DNA of 63,469 nt, the filler included, from Basidiobolus ranarum (lineage: Eukaryota), in NCBI GenBank assembly GCA_040143965.1. It is 6 parts of 6 records of this genome, joined end to end, with 100 filler letters (N's around TTAATTAATTAA, not from the genome) between each part and the next. Parts side by side here need not be neighbours in the genome. Positions count along the whole stretch, not along the records: positions 21,217 to 31,715 come from JASJQH010007575.1; positions 31,816 to 42,309 come from JASJQH010007576.1; 4 more parts are not named here. The stretch is one strand, 5' to 3'. The translations under genes were made by a program, and so were the position numbers. Under the pieces are notes generated by a model. It saw only the letters and a program-made list of their open reading frames with translations. It was not told the origin of the DNA and did not search any database. The stretch's first letter is position 1; every line of letters begins with the position of its first letter. Shown here one piece after another: positions 24,913-37,339 of this stretch.

Positions 24913-25964
24913 ATGAGACTAATAATTCGGGACGATTACAACGCAGTAAGCCAATATATTGGTAAGTATTCGTAATCATGATTCCTCTCCAATATCTTTT
25001 TTAATACTGAGCTGTGCATATTTGGTTGCAGCGGAATATGTTCGCAGTCGGATTACCCAGTTTGCGCCTAGTGAAAGTAGACCATTTGTCCTGGGATTAC
25101 CTACCGGGAGCTCACCAATTGGTTTATACAAAGTGTTGATCAAATTTTGCCGCGAGGGTACCCTTTCGTTTAAAAACGTTATCACCTTCAATATGGACGA
25201 ATATGTGGGTCTACCAGAAGAACACCCTGAGAGCTATCACTCGTTCATGTGGAAATACCTCTTCAAGCACATTGACATCGATCCCAGGAATGTAAACATC
25301 TTGAATGGGAATGCTGAGGATCTTTCCGAGGAATGCCTTGCTTATGAAGCAAAGATTCAGGCGGTCGGTGGAATAGAGTTATTCATTGGCGGTATCGGTC
25401 CAGATGGACATGTAGCTTTCAATGAGCCAGGCTCCTCACTGACTTCAAAAACCAGAGTAAAAACATTGGCTTACGAAACAATTCTAGCCAATGCTAGGTT
25501 TTTTGGCGGAGATATCCAGCAAGTACCCAAACTGGCACTGACTGTAGGTGTAGGGTGAGTTCAATATGTTGGCTCTATTTCTTGCAACTCCTCACTGACC
25601 TTTTATACTTATAGAACTGTTATGGATGCTAGAGACATTTGTATTATTATTACTGGACAGCATAAAGCGCTTGCCCTAGCAAAGTGTATCGAAGAGGGAG
25701 TAAATCACATGGTATTTTCGTGCAGAGTTTATGATATTTCAGTATTCTTTTTAACATAATTCATCTCATTAGTGGACAGTTTCTGCTATACAACTTCATC
25801 CCAGTGCACTGATTGTTTGTGATGAAGATGCTACCAATGAGCTTCACGTTAAAACGGTGAAATACTTCAAAAGTATTGAACAGGTTCAAGATCAGCTCAT
25901 TGGCAAAGAAAATATTGATCTGAAAGGATCTGTCAGAAGGCTCAGCCCCAAGCTGATTCGTTGA
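24913..25964 (+). CDS. nagB: Glucosamine-6-phosphate deaminase (NagB/Nag1/GNPDA), 4 exons
   Basis: MRLIIRDD start, [63 protein letters not shown]. Confidence 0.97.
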
Positions 25965-26160
25965 TACATCCCGGAAATGGATGGCTCTTAGCAAACGGAT
26001 GGCTTAGGTGAAAGCTCTGCCAACAAGCAAAAAACACTTTCATATTCATTATTGGATTATATTAGCAATATCTCTTCTAGGTTTAATGAAGACATAAAGG
26101 TGGTTGAAAGGTCGAAGGATTATTATCATTGAATGCTTTGAATATCAAATAAAACACCGA

Positions 26161-27337
26161 TTAATTATTTTGTTCAGACGAAGAGTCGGCATTTTCGGCG
26201 AATGGATTTTTAACTCTTGTATTTGTAAAGTCAACATTTTGTGCTTTCAAGAAATCAACCACGCTTGCAAAGTTCGACTCCTTCGGTTGGTAGTGCCCAC
26301 TGTGGGGGTTAATTGTGACTAGTCTACCATGATTCACACATATCCCTCCAGCCGCTGCTACGCTCTGCCCAGCCATTATACTTGAATGTTGAAAATAGCC
26401 TTTAACTTTTCGATGTATGTAAAGGTGGTTGTCCGGAGACAAAACGTAAATATATTTGTGCTTGTTACGCAACACTTTTTTGGCTTTACGTGTCTCTGCA
26501 TCATCATTTGGATCATTTTCAGGTAAGAATTCATCTTCATCCACGTTGGCATCCACAGGAACTGAATCAGGCAAAGTATGAACCAGAGTACCATCTCTAA
26601 CATAAGTCAAGAGTTTCGTTTTAGGATCAACGCAAACTCTAAAAGCTTCTCTCTCTTCATATGAGCAATACTTGATCTTTTCTTTCATCAAACGCTCTCT
26701 TGGTCTTTCCTCCAAGTCAAGGCTTTGACCATCACCATAATCTAACCAGTAAAAGAAGTTTTGTGTAGTATCCTTTTGGTTTTGCCAGTATTGGAAATAA
26801 GGCTGTATTATTTGTTAAAAGAAAATGGTCAATATTTTCTTTTAAAAAAGTTAACTTTATGAAACTCACCAGTAAATTAGAGCCATACCGATGTTCTCCA
26901 TCAACACATTCGAGCCAATGCTCCGTGAGTAAAAACAAAGGATTACTTTCGATTGATAACGCACCCTAATAGATTATTTAAGTGATAACTAAAGCTAGAT
27001 AGATGATTCTTAATACTTACCTTTCCTAATTTTGAACTCAAAACGTGAGCCCGTTGCCAACGAGCTTTTGCTTTCTCAGAAGGAGATAAATCTTCAAGAT
27101 TATCAGTAGTTCGTAGTTGACTTTGCACGAAACCTAATAGTTCTTTCCATCTGGTAGCGTTTAAGGTCATCCCTTGCAACTCACGTCTGGCACTTTAAAA
27201 GAGAAGAGGGCCTCTTTAGAGGGATATTGTTGGTGATAAGAACCATCTATTTAATATTAGGTAATTTACCGATAACCACGAAACGCTTTTTGAATCGCCA
27301 ATGCGCTATTCTCCTCTTCTTTAACAGTTCCAGTCAT
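26161..27337 (-). CDS. IQ-motif calmodulin-binding protein (IQM family)
   Basis: Exon 1 has IQKAFRGYR. Later exons have EHWLECVDGEHRYGSNL, NFFYWLDYGDG, FQHSSIMAGQSVAAAG and PHSGHYQP. Confidence 0.85.
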
Positions 27338-28445
27338 CTTTTAAAGCACTTTTTAACCGTTGCTCTCCTATTGTATTAATATGCAAGTTAGGGAGCCCAT
27401 CGATTTTTACAAGCTAATATATGCAAAAAATCGGCTACTCACGTGGTTACTTTGTTTTATTTTAACGCACATGGTTAACTAACAGTCATTCCAAGGTTTA
27501 TTGATTATAAGTATTGACGCTTTATAGTTCTTTTGTTTGTCCTAGCCCTAACCCTAAATCCTAATCGTTAGTACTATGTACACAATTTGAAGGAGATATA
27601 TTTGCAATCATAATTAGCATTGTAGTCCAAATGCCACGTGATCTTGCCAGAGTATATCTTTGTGGCTTGGCAAGCTTGCTCTCTCGCACTAGACAATAAT
27701 AAGCAAAGCCTTAGTTCACGTGTACAAAAGTAGCTGACAAATATATCTACATTTAAAACGGGAAGAAAAGGGCCCAATCATATAATCAATAAAACTCTTG
27801 GAAATTCATAGCTCTAAGTTGATGTAGAGGTAGCTAACAAACAGTCACAAGGCCAATGTTTACGTGATGGATGAATTCCATCGAAATTAGAATTGATCCA
27901 CGCTAATTCCCAAGTGAATTTTGGGATTCTGAATGCGTCTTGATTTAGATGAGATAGTGGAGATAATTGGCACACTTCAAGCACGATTATTCATAGGATT
28001 CTCCAACGCTATGTTAGTAATTGTTTAGCAGTTGATTTTCTTGACTTTTCCTTGAGTAGATCTTTCTTTATACCTTAGTAACAATATTGCCTTCAGAGTT
28101 AACTGACACTTTTTACTGGTAAATAAAGAACGAATCCCCATTGTTTCTTCTCTATTTGGAAGTAACTTTACGTAAGATGAACACGAACAGTGAAAGCTCC
28201 AAGCAATTGCCGTCCACATATGAAGAAGAATGTTATGGTTAGTTAGAATTCACGTCGAGTATAACCTTTTATCTTTGGCATATTTTTCGAAATTGGATCT
28301 TTGGATCTGGTTCAAGTTCATAAAATTCCAATTACCTTTATGGATTAACTCTCGTCTTCAAAAAACCCCTTTCTATATATCTTCAGATATATTGAATCCA
28401 ATTGACCTATTTTTCTAAATTTCTTTTACTAAAGATGAGACACCG

Positions 28446-29559
28446 ATGGATTGCTCTTGTTAGTTGAGACTCTTTTAAATCCTCCTATTTCATACAGTTC
28501 TAACCGAAATGTTTGGTGTGTTTTTGTAGCTTCAGACATAAGTCATGACTCGGAGATAGTATCGTGGATTACTTGGTTCTGCTCCCTCTCTGGGAATGAA
28601 TATCTAGTGGAAGTATCAGAAGATTTTATAGAAGACGATTTCAATTTGACTGGCTTAAGTTCAACAGTCCCATTTTATCGTGAAGCGATTGAAATGATGT
28701 TAGATATAGAACCAGGTACTTATTTCGAACGCAAGTACTAGGAAAGATTTTCACCACGTAACCTTGACTGATAATTTTCATGTAGAAGATGAACAAAAAG
28801 ACACCGATATTAGTGTCATTGAATCTTCTGCGGAGCAACTTTATGGGTTAATACATCAACGATATATCTTGACTCGTCAAGGACTAGACAAAATGGTTCG
28901 TTTAAAATGTTAATATCAATGGTTTATTTCGGTTCTTTAAACTATTACAATATTCACTCTAGGCGGATAAATATGAGCGAGGAGAGTTTGGTTACTGTCC
29001 TAGATACTATTGTAATGCAACACCGGTTGTACCCTGTGGTAGGGTCGATACCCTAGGTACTGAAACTGTGAAACTTTACTGTCTCAATTGTATGGATATA
29101 TATTCGCCTCCAAGTTCGAAGTTTCAACACTTGGACGGTACGTCATATTAACTATCATAACAAATATTGGTTTCAGTAAAATTGACATGTGTAAAAATCT
29201 TGGGTTGTTTAGGAGGATTTTTTGGCACCACTTTTCCGCATATGTTCCTGTTGTTGCTCTACCCGGATGCATATCGAAGGTATACTAATGGTACCTTTGT
29301 ACCTAAGATACACGGATTCAAAATTCATGAAAGTAGCAAGAATGGACCTAAAAATGCATGGCTACGTATCAGACCAACTCCAAGCGATTCTGGATCTAGT
29401 ACAGACGAGGATGAAGAAGGGGATGATGACGAGGAAGGGAATCGCTGGAACGACTTTGATAATAAAGCTATGGCTGGAATCGAACAACAAACCTTAACTG
29501 AAGATGTGACTAATGTGGATGGTAAGAAAGATAATATTAACTTCAGTTCGCACATTTAA
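28446..29559 (+). CDS. CKB1: Casein kinase II regulatory (beta) subunit; 3' end may extend to 29677 via a final intron
   Basis: [44 protein letters not shown], zinc ribbon [32 protein letters not shown]. The paralogue assignment is uncertain. Confidence 0.93.
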
Positions 29560-30062
29560 TCTTTCTCTACAAAATAACCTTTTTTCTAATGATGTTTCTT
29601 TTTATCAAGACCCAGTGCCACCTAGTACTGCTACTGACGTTGCTCCCCCAGGAGTAGACTCGTCTACTCAAATCTAACCCGACAAATTACCCCCTCCCCC
29701 GTCAAATTATCTTTCTACAACAGAGGCTAGTAAGATGTATGATAACAACATATGGTAAAGCTGATTGGGATTTTCAGTGACAAATTCTCTTAGTAAATTA
29801 ATTGTTTAAACTTCGAATTTTCCCAACATTTACCTTACTAAATCTACCACACATCAGAGAAAGAAATTCCTCAGGTAAAAGAGATGCATTGATTTAGTTG
29901 TTGATAACTGATCCAGATAAAATCCAGATAATCTGATTGTAACGTAATTTCTTGAGTTAAGATTTGTTGAATGATTAGATATTAGGGGCATGTGATAGTG
30001 TAGATGACAAAGGATTAGCTAGTCGAATCCAAAGTCATTAAAGTCTATAAATTTCATGACCC

Positions 30063-30135
30063 AGAGAATGATAGTGTTTATTAAGAGAATGACAGTGTTT
30101 ATTAAGAGAATGATAGTGTTTATTAAGAGAATGAT
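30063..30135 (+). repeat. 21-bp minisatellite AGAGAATGAYAGTGTTTATTA (about 3.5 copies)
   Basis: Copies at 30063, 30084, 30105 and partial at 30126. Confidence 0.92.
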
Positions 30136-30321
30136 GTTGATTTCAGTAAGCTTGTAGATAACAAATGCTAATCTTGATAATAAGCCTGTTTACCCCAATG
30201 TACACCAGAAACTAAAAATACCTAAGCTGTCATATTCACCTGTTGTTTTCACCTAATCGGCTAGATGCTGAGCTGTAATGATGGAATTCTTTTCATTCTT
30301 GATATAATGAGCGGCACACAC

Positions 30322-30375
30322 GTAGGGCACGTCTATGAGCTTTAATGTCCATTGATGTAGGGCACGTTTATGAGC
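30322..30375 (+). repeat. 19-bp direct repeat GTAGGGCACGTYTATGAGC x2
   Basis: 30322-30340 and 30357-30375, one mismatch. Confidence 0.85.
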
Positions 30376-31147
30376 AAGCCTTTTGGTTCACTGATTTAAA
30401 TAGCCAAGGAGAGACAAGTAACAGGATTTCGGGATAACTAATTTTCCTATTTATTGTTCATCACACGATCTGATTGATTGACAGTTCAATATGCTCAAGT
30501 GAATGTTGAACCAGGTGCTAATATCCTGATATTTGAATGGATGATTGAGGTGGGGCAAGGACGGTAAATTAACAAGGTAAATTGGCCCCAATAGTACAGC
30601 ACAAACAGTACAGCAGAAATAAATAATTCCTCCTTCGATAAAGAAAAGAAACCTTCAATCATACTGTTATTATATATTATGTTATACCATAATATGTGCA
30701 CTCTTCAGTTTCTATGCAACCACTTTGACACATTAACAGGTTCATAAAAAAAAGCCATCAATGACTTGTGAAGAAAATTCCCTAGATAAGCATCGATATC
30801 CTAAATGTGGAATATGTACCACATAATTCATGTTAAAAGGAAATATGCTTAACCATACAAATACCAATATCTCTATATTTAGAAATTTCTATCATCTCCA
30901 GGTCGAAAAAACTCCCAGTTAAATATGAAGAGTTAGCAAACATCCTACGTAAATGATATACACTGACAAACTAAAGCTCTCGACACCCATGTGCACTCAA
31001 AGTGAAAGATGGTTTGTGGACCAAAATTAATGGATCCTCACGGTTGCTTCATTATTTCATTCTTAAAAATGTCAGTTGCAAGATATATAAACTTCCTCAA
31101 GGGACAGCCTCGGATCAATAAGTACAGTAGTTGCATAGACCATTAAC

Positions 31148-31715
31148 ATGTCAAGTGAATACTCAGGCTTAACTAACGTTCCTGGTCGTTTGGAGCAATT
31201 GAAATGGAGCCCTTGGCACACGAAGGTAAGTTTCCTTCAGCTCCTTAGTTAAAGTGTCTGGCACTAACTCTATTCTTCATTGGAAGGTCACTGTGGTTTT
31301 AGGAGCAGGCTGGGCTCTCGATGCATACGAAATTGGCATCGTCGATGCCGTATTAAATCTTTTGAAAGATCAATTCCATGTTACCAGCCAGCAAGCTACT
31401 TACATCAAAGTCGTTTGGTTAGTCGGTGCATTGATTGGCGCCGTAGGGTTTGGTTATGTCTCTGATCGCTATGGAAGAAAGAAAGCGTTTCTGTTGACTA
31501 TCCTGATGTACAGTTTTTTCACCATTGTCACAGGTGAAGTATTAATAAGAAGTATTGAAATTTATTCATTTACTGACATCTAATTTCTCATAGCGTTCTC
31601 GGTCAACTACCCAATGTTTTTGGTTTTCCGTGCTCTTACTGCTATCGGAGTAGGTGCTGAATACACTGCTGTCAATGCTACAATTGCTGAATTCATCCCC
31701 GCAAATTATCGTGGA
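31148..31715 (+). CDS. MFS transporter, N-terminal part, truncated by the gap
   Basis: Introns 31226-31286 and 31534-31593. MFS motif A GYVSDRYGRKK and FRALTAIGVGAEY..AEFIPANYRG. Confidence 0.92.
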
Positions 31716-31815
31716 NNNNNNNNNNNNNNNNNNNNNNNNNNNNNNNNNNNNNNNNNNNNTTAATTAATTAANNNNNNNNNNNNNNNNNNNNNNNNNNNNN
31801 NNNNNNNNNNNNNNN
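31716..31815. other. Assembly gap/linker
   Basis: N-run with TTAATTAATTAA. Confidence 0.99.
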
Positions 31816-32654
31816 AAATCCGAAGCTATGTCTTAATTTTCCAAATGCAGGCTTTGATAATGGTTTGATCTGAGTATCAGCAATGATGCTCTTAGCTGTA
31901 AAGCAATGTCGCTGTTGGCCACTTGGCAGACAGCTTGCTTGACCTACTTATAATAATGTTGCATGAAGGAATATGGTCATCTGAGCGCTAATACGCGTAA
32001 ACGACTAGACTGTGATATTCATTTGGCACTGAAATCATTCGAAAGCCTGTGCATTTACATACGCCATGTCCATGATATGATACATCTTCTAAATCGCTGG
32101 CTGTAAGCAATTTTCAGATGAAACTGCTATCAAGCCTACAGCATTCAAAGCACTCGAAATTCACTAATGGCTCTAATCCTAATGCACAGATGCCATACCT
32201 TAGTATACTGCTGCTTCTGCTTCGTCTCTGTTGCCCGGGGTATGCTACCCTGCATTTGCTGTCTGCCATTGGCTGCTTGAACTCTACTTAGGAATGCACT
32301 TTTTGATGATCTTTCTACATATTAGTCTTGGGCGTTGGGCTTTTCTGTGGGCAGTATACCCCAACATATTCGGAGTCCTTTAGAACATTGTGAGTCAACG
32401 ACGGTTTACCAACTTGTATTGTGGCACAGGTTTCGCTATGATCGGCTCATCTTCCATTATGTATTCTTGTTTGTCAAATCGGTTCACTTCTAAACTAATT
32501 TCTATTAATCACACCATCCCCTGCATTTTACCATCACAAATCGATGATGTGCTTAGCACCCCTGCGTCTCAAAATAGTTAAAATAGGCCCGCCCACCCAT
32601 CTTAGCAATTAACATATCTTTCGATAAGTTTATGATTCAAGCTACACTTTCAAT

Positions 32655-33637
32655 ATGGAAACTCATTTACCAGCAGTAACAAAACTTAGTTCACGAGTAA
32701 CTCGCATCTTGGGCTTTAACCCTGGAAGGTTTACGCTTCAAGGTACTTACTGGTCTCCTACTGGATGAGCCTTACCTTCTTCTCTCTTGCTTTGGACTTC
32801 TACTAATTATCTTGAACTGATTTTTTATTAGGCACGAATACCTATTTAGTTGGTACGGGTAAAGAGCGACTCTTAATTGATTCTGGTGAAGGGAAAATGG
32901 AGTACATTCGATCATTGAAGTCAGTTTTAGAAGAATCCAAGGAGATTGTCATAGTGGGAATTGTGCTAACTCATTGGCACCACGATCATGTTGATGGAAT
33001 TCCTAGTGTACTAGAGCTATGCAAGAGTAGAGGAAATTCTACGGTCCCATTATATAAACGTCTTTATCCGGATAAAGACAGAAAGGATTTTGAATTCTCA
33101 AACATAGCAGAAGGACAAGTATTTTCGGTTGAAGGCGCAACCCTTAAGGCCTACCACGCTCCTGGTCACACCTCAGACCATATGATATTTCAATTGAAGG
33201 AGGAGAATGCCATGTTTTCTGGAGATAATGTTCTTGGTCACGGTACTAGTATGTTTGAGAATTTGCAGGATTACATGAAAAGTCTTCGTAGAATGAAGAT
33301 TTTATCACCAAGCAAGATCTATCCTGGACATGGAGATGTGGTGACCAAACCAGCAGAGATATTGAACCTCTACATCAACAACCTCCAATTCCGTGAAGCC
33401 CGTGTGGTTAGTCTACTGAAGCAACTCTTGGCAGATCCTAGCCGCGAAGAGAAATATGTCACTGTGGGAGACATTGCGAAAAAGATGTATGGTAATCTAT
33501 CTATGGACATCTTTACCCTAGGAGAGAGAATGATCAAGCTGCATCTGGAGAAGCTTCAAGCCGAGTTAAGCATTACTCCGATCATTTGTGAGGACAGATC
33601 CGTAGCTTGGACTTTACCTAAAGCGCAACTCATATAA
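32655..33637 (+). CDS. LACTB2: Metallo-beta-lactamase fold protein, LACTB2-like
   Basis: RILGFNPGRFTLQGTNTYLVG across intron 32743-32831, THWHHDH, PGHTSDH, FSGDNVLG, YPGHG, and a winged-helix tail HLEKL. Confidence 0.9.
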
Positions 33638-36080
33638 TCAGTTAGTCAGTACAAACCAGCCCTTCCTCATTGTGCAGAGCCTCACAATGAGGATAATGGG
33701 AGTTACCATGCTAGCAATAATTGGCGTGCTATATTGTACAAATTGCACACCACACATATGAATCAGTCTTACTAAACATCTATCCACACGTTTGTGACCC
33801 ATTTGATAGCCATTGTAAATTAAAAAATAAAAAAGCACTCTTTATCCCAAGTAACTGCTTCGAGATTCCAGTACTGTCCATTGTTCCCATCTGGGGGCAT
33901 CCAAATATAGAATAAACGTAGCGATGTAGAATGAAACTAGCCACTTGGAATGAATGTATGAGAGGGGTGAGTCAATTATTTTAGGGGAGTAAACAGAATA
34001 TAAAAGTTGAGGATCGTCAATAGTAACTGTTGGAAATGGAACCTTCTCTTTCTATTTGGAGCAACAAAGGTCAGCAACAGCACACGTTGTTCAGCCTGTT
34101 GTCCAAAACTCAGTTACTTGTTGCTCTCTATTTGGTAGTGGATTTTCAGCCACCTGGTATTCTTGCTATGTGACTATTATAGGCAGATCTGCAAATCGAA
34201 TTCCGCAAGGGTTCTCAGGAGCAGGTTTACTCGACAATATCGATGGACATCGGCTGTAAGGTCTTTGGCATGTTGGACATATTATTAACAGGATGGAAAC
34301 GGGATTGTAAGCAAGCGTAGTATGTCACTTATTTATTAACGAGAACTGAGTTTGTATTCACCATTTTGTAAGTCGATCACCATCGAGATCACTATGAATG
34401 ACTAGTAGAAGCGTCTCAGCTTGATCATTTCTTCAGGTTATATCAAATAGAAACAATGAGTTGACGATCTGATCAAGATAAGGTCCAATTGTTGATTGGT
34501 TTACCTAAGAGAAGTCACCCTAAAGGGGAGTCAATTCCCACACTAAGATGTACTCCGTATCAGTAGGCTGATTGATTTCATAATCCACCAATCCCTTTCC
34601 AGAGCATTTGTGTGTTAGATCCTCTGCTAAGTTGACTTTTATCAGAAACACCGCCACCATATTGAATGGCTATCGATGTATGAGACTATACAGAACGAAA
34701 TTGGAAGCATTGCAAGTCTACACCAGCTGGCCGTGTAGCATTCATTCCAGTTATACCCTCAAGTAGTATTGGGGGAGGGGGCCTTCATGACGGCTTCCTA
34801 CCTACTTGGTGGACTCTCCGAGTGGAGTGAAGGTGGAAAGATGGATTATCCTAATATTCATTAAGTATTGAGCAAGTAACCTGCTAACGCCTTGTATATA
34901 ATATATGAATATTCGGGTGCCTGACTCTACATACTAATGGATAGTTAACAATAGGATATGTATATAGGATTTAGCACAGAGATAATCAAGTTTCTTACCC
35001 CATCTTCGGGAACACCCTTGGAACATATCCCAACTGTAATTTTTCCTTTATATAGAAAAACCACTGATTATCACATCATATATGGCAATAGCTGTATATC
35101 CACTATTTCTCTCAACCACAAACAAATCCCATATATTTGCAATCACCAACTAGCGACTCGTGCAGAACATGCTCAGTAACTCAATCTATTTGTATATTGA
35201 TATCTCAATGACAAAGTATTGGTTTTAGATAGTACTGTGCAATTTACACGCATTCACATTAAGTGACTTTTATCAACCTGAACCTCATTACTTTCCCTGC
35301 TAGAGCCCATATTGGACAAGCATTCGTTCAGCTTGCAAAGCAACAGGGACTGCAAATTGCTTATTGTGCACTTTTTAGAGTGACATGGACGAATATAATT
35401 ACCACTTTCAGTATTTTCAAAGAATATAATATGGCATATTCTGTGTGGTCTCACCCTAGATTCCCTAGGAATTTTATCAGTTGTGTTAGAACCAAACACT
35501 CATTTGCAAGTTGCAATGTCCAATTCATTTTGTATTCATTGTTTTGATTGTTACCCAGTACCCGGACTTTTACCTCTACTAATATATTAACCGGTAAGAT
35601 AGGCCTTAATTTGTATCCTCATATCTCAACCTGGATTACAGACTGTAGAACCGTGTCATACAATCTTGTGTGAATGTTACCTAGAAAATCCGCAGATAGA
35701 ACGAATTTCTCGTGATGCATATGAGACTCTAATACACGAACCGAATCCACGAAGATCAATACGAACATAACAAAGAGAAGGAAAAATGTAAAGATATCTC
35801 ATCCATAAGGGAGGACAAATTGGATGAGATATAAAAGTGAAGAATATATGATCATATCAAATTTGGAACCAAGTTCGTTAGTGAATGCAGTTAACGAGTG
35901 TAAGCATTTACATGTACGATTCTCACCATTTCATGAATTTATCCCATGATAAAATATCGAAAAATTTCCATTAATATCTCCCCAAAATTCTATTCGCCAT
36001 CTTATTTCGAGATATTTTGGTCTCTATTTTTTTCAAAGTACGTGCTTACTCTTGACCTTTTTCCACTTGCTTTTTTAAAC

Positions 36081-36854
36081 ATGGTAAATAGTTTTTCTTG
36101 TCAATTCGGTTTCGAAAAAGTTTCCTTTACTGAGATGAATTATCATTTTATTAGTCTTATTTCCTTCCACATTTGACCAACGGTAGGTCGTCTTTTTTTA
36201 TACCAAGAGCCAAGTGATTTCCATAACTGAGTGTCCTCATTTACTTTAGGTTGGCAGGTAGATCAAGCCATTCTTTCTGAAGAAGATCGAGTAGTCGTCA
36301 TACGCTTTGGTCATGACTGGGTAGAGTAACAAAAATCTTTTCCCCTTCGAAGCAATCTTTTTCAACTTAGTTTACTTGATGTAGGATCCTACATGTATGA
36401 AAATGGACGAGATTCTTTACGGAATTGCTGAGAAAGTGAAGAATTTTGCTGTTATATTCTTGGTTGACATTACTGAAGTTCCAGATTTTAACAAGGTACG
36501 CGAAGACTTACTTTGTATCCAGATTTGATAGCACCCTAAACATTTATTGAATGGATATTAGATGTACGAATTATACGACCCATGTACTACTATGTTCTTC
36601 TTCCGTAATAAGCATATCATGATTGATTTGGGTACTGGTAACAATAACAAAATCAATTGGGCTTTAGAGGATAAACAAGAAATGATCGACATTCTGGAAA
36701 CAGTATATCGTGGAGCGCGTAAAGGTGAAGATTTTCACTTCTTTCATTATATATTCAATACATGTAAAATATTTTTGCTAACATAATATCTTCGTAATTA
36801 GGACGTGGTTTGGTCGTATCTCCTAAGGATTACTCCACCAAATACAAGTACTAA
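36081..36854 (+). CDS. DIB1: U5 snRNP protein Dib1/Dim1 (TXNL4A), 6 coding exons
   Basis: Spliced product MSYFLPHLTNGWQVDQAILSEEDRVVVIRFGHDWDPTCMKMDE...DLGTGNNNKINWA...GRGLVVSPKDYSTKYKY. Confidence 0.97.
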
Positions 36855-37339
36855 TAGACTACTTGGGCGAAAATATGTACACTTCTATTTGTACCGTTTT
36901 CATTGGAACTTCTGTTACCTTTCCTCCCCTTACAAACTTGAATTCAAGTCTGAATTTGATTGATGGATATTCAATGTATTTTTAGACGTTTGTTTCCTCC
37001 ATTCGATAACTTAGGAATAAATGATCGTAAGCTGTAATATTTATCTTTTAACTAATTCACTTCAATATTAGCTTCAGTATTTAACTCTACTTATGGAGAG
37101 GACCAGTCTTAACTTTTATATAGATGTCTATAAACCTACCTTCCCATAATTTGGAAAGTTCTGTTTATTTATTGGAAATCTCGACTAGTTTAAAATGTAT
37201 TTTCAGATATACAATAATCAATGGGTTAGTAAATGAATCTCTTGAAATAATAGAGTATTGACTACAGGTACAAAGCAAATAGTATATATTGTTTACAGAA
37301 TATACCAATATAGATTGAGCCTTCGGATGAGTAAGGTTC

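Noticed and set aside
18018-25964. CreA-like factor as the regulator inside the GlcNAc cluster
   Set aside because: Separated by the 21117-21216 linker, so the proximity is an artefact.
21975-30135. CRISPR-like arrays
   Set aside because: The repeats are head-to-tail minisatellites without unique spacers, in eukaryotic DNA with no cas genes.
32655-33637. Beta-lactamase as an antibiotic-resistance or HGT gene
   Set aside because: The motifs match the widespread eukaryotic LACTB2 family, and the gene has an intron.
34030-35550. Possible decayed gene fragments between LACTB2 and DIB1
   Set aside because: Short frames with stops and no recognisable motif.
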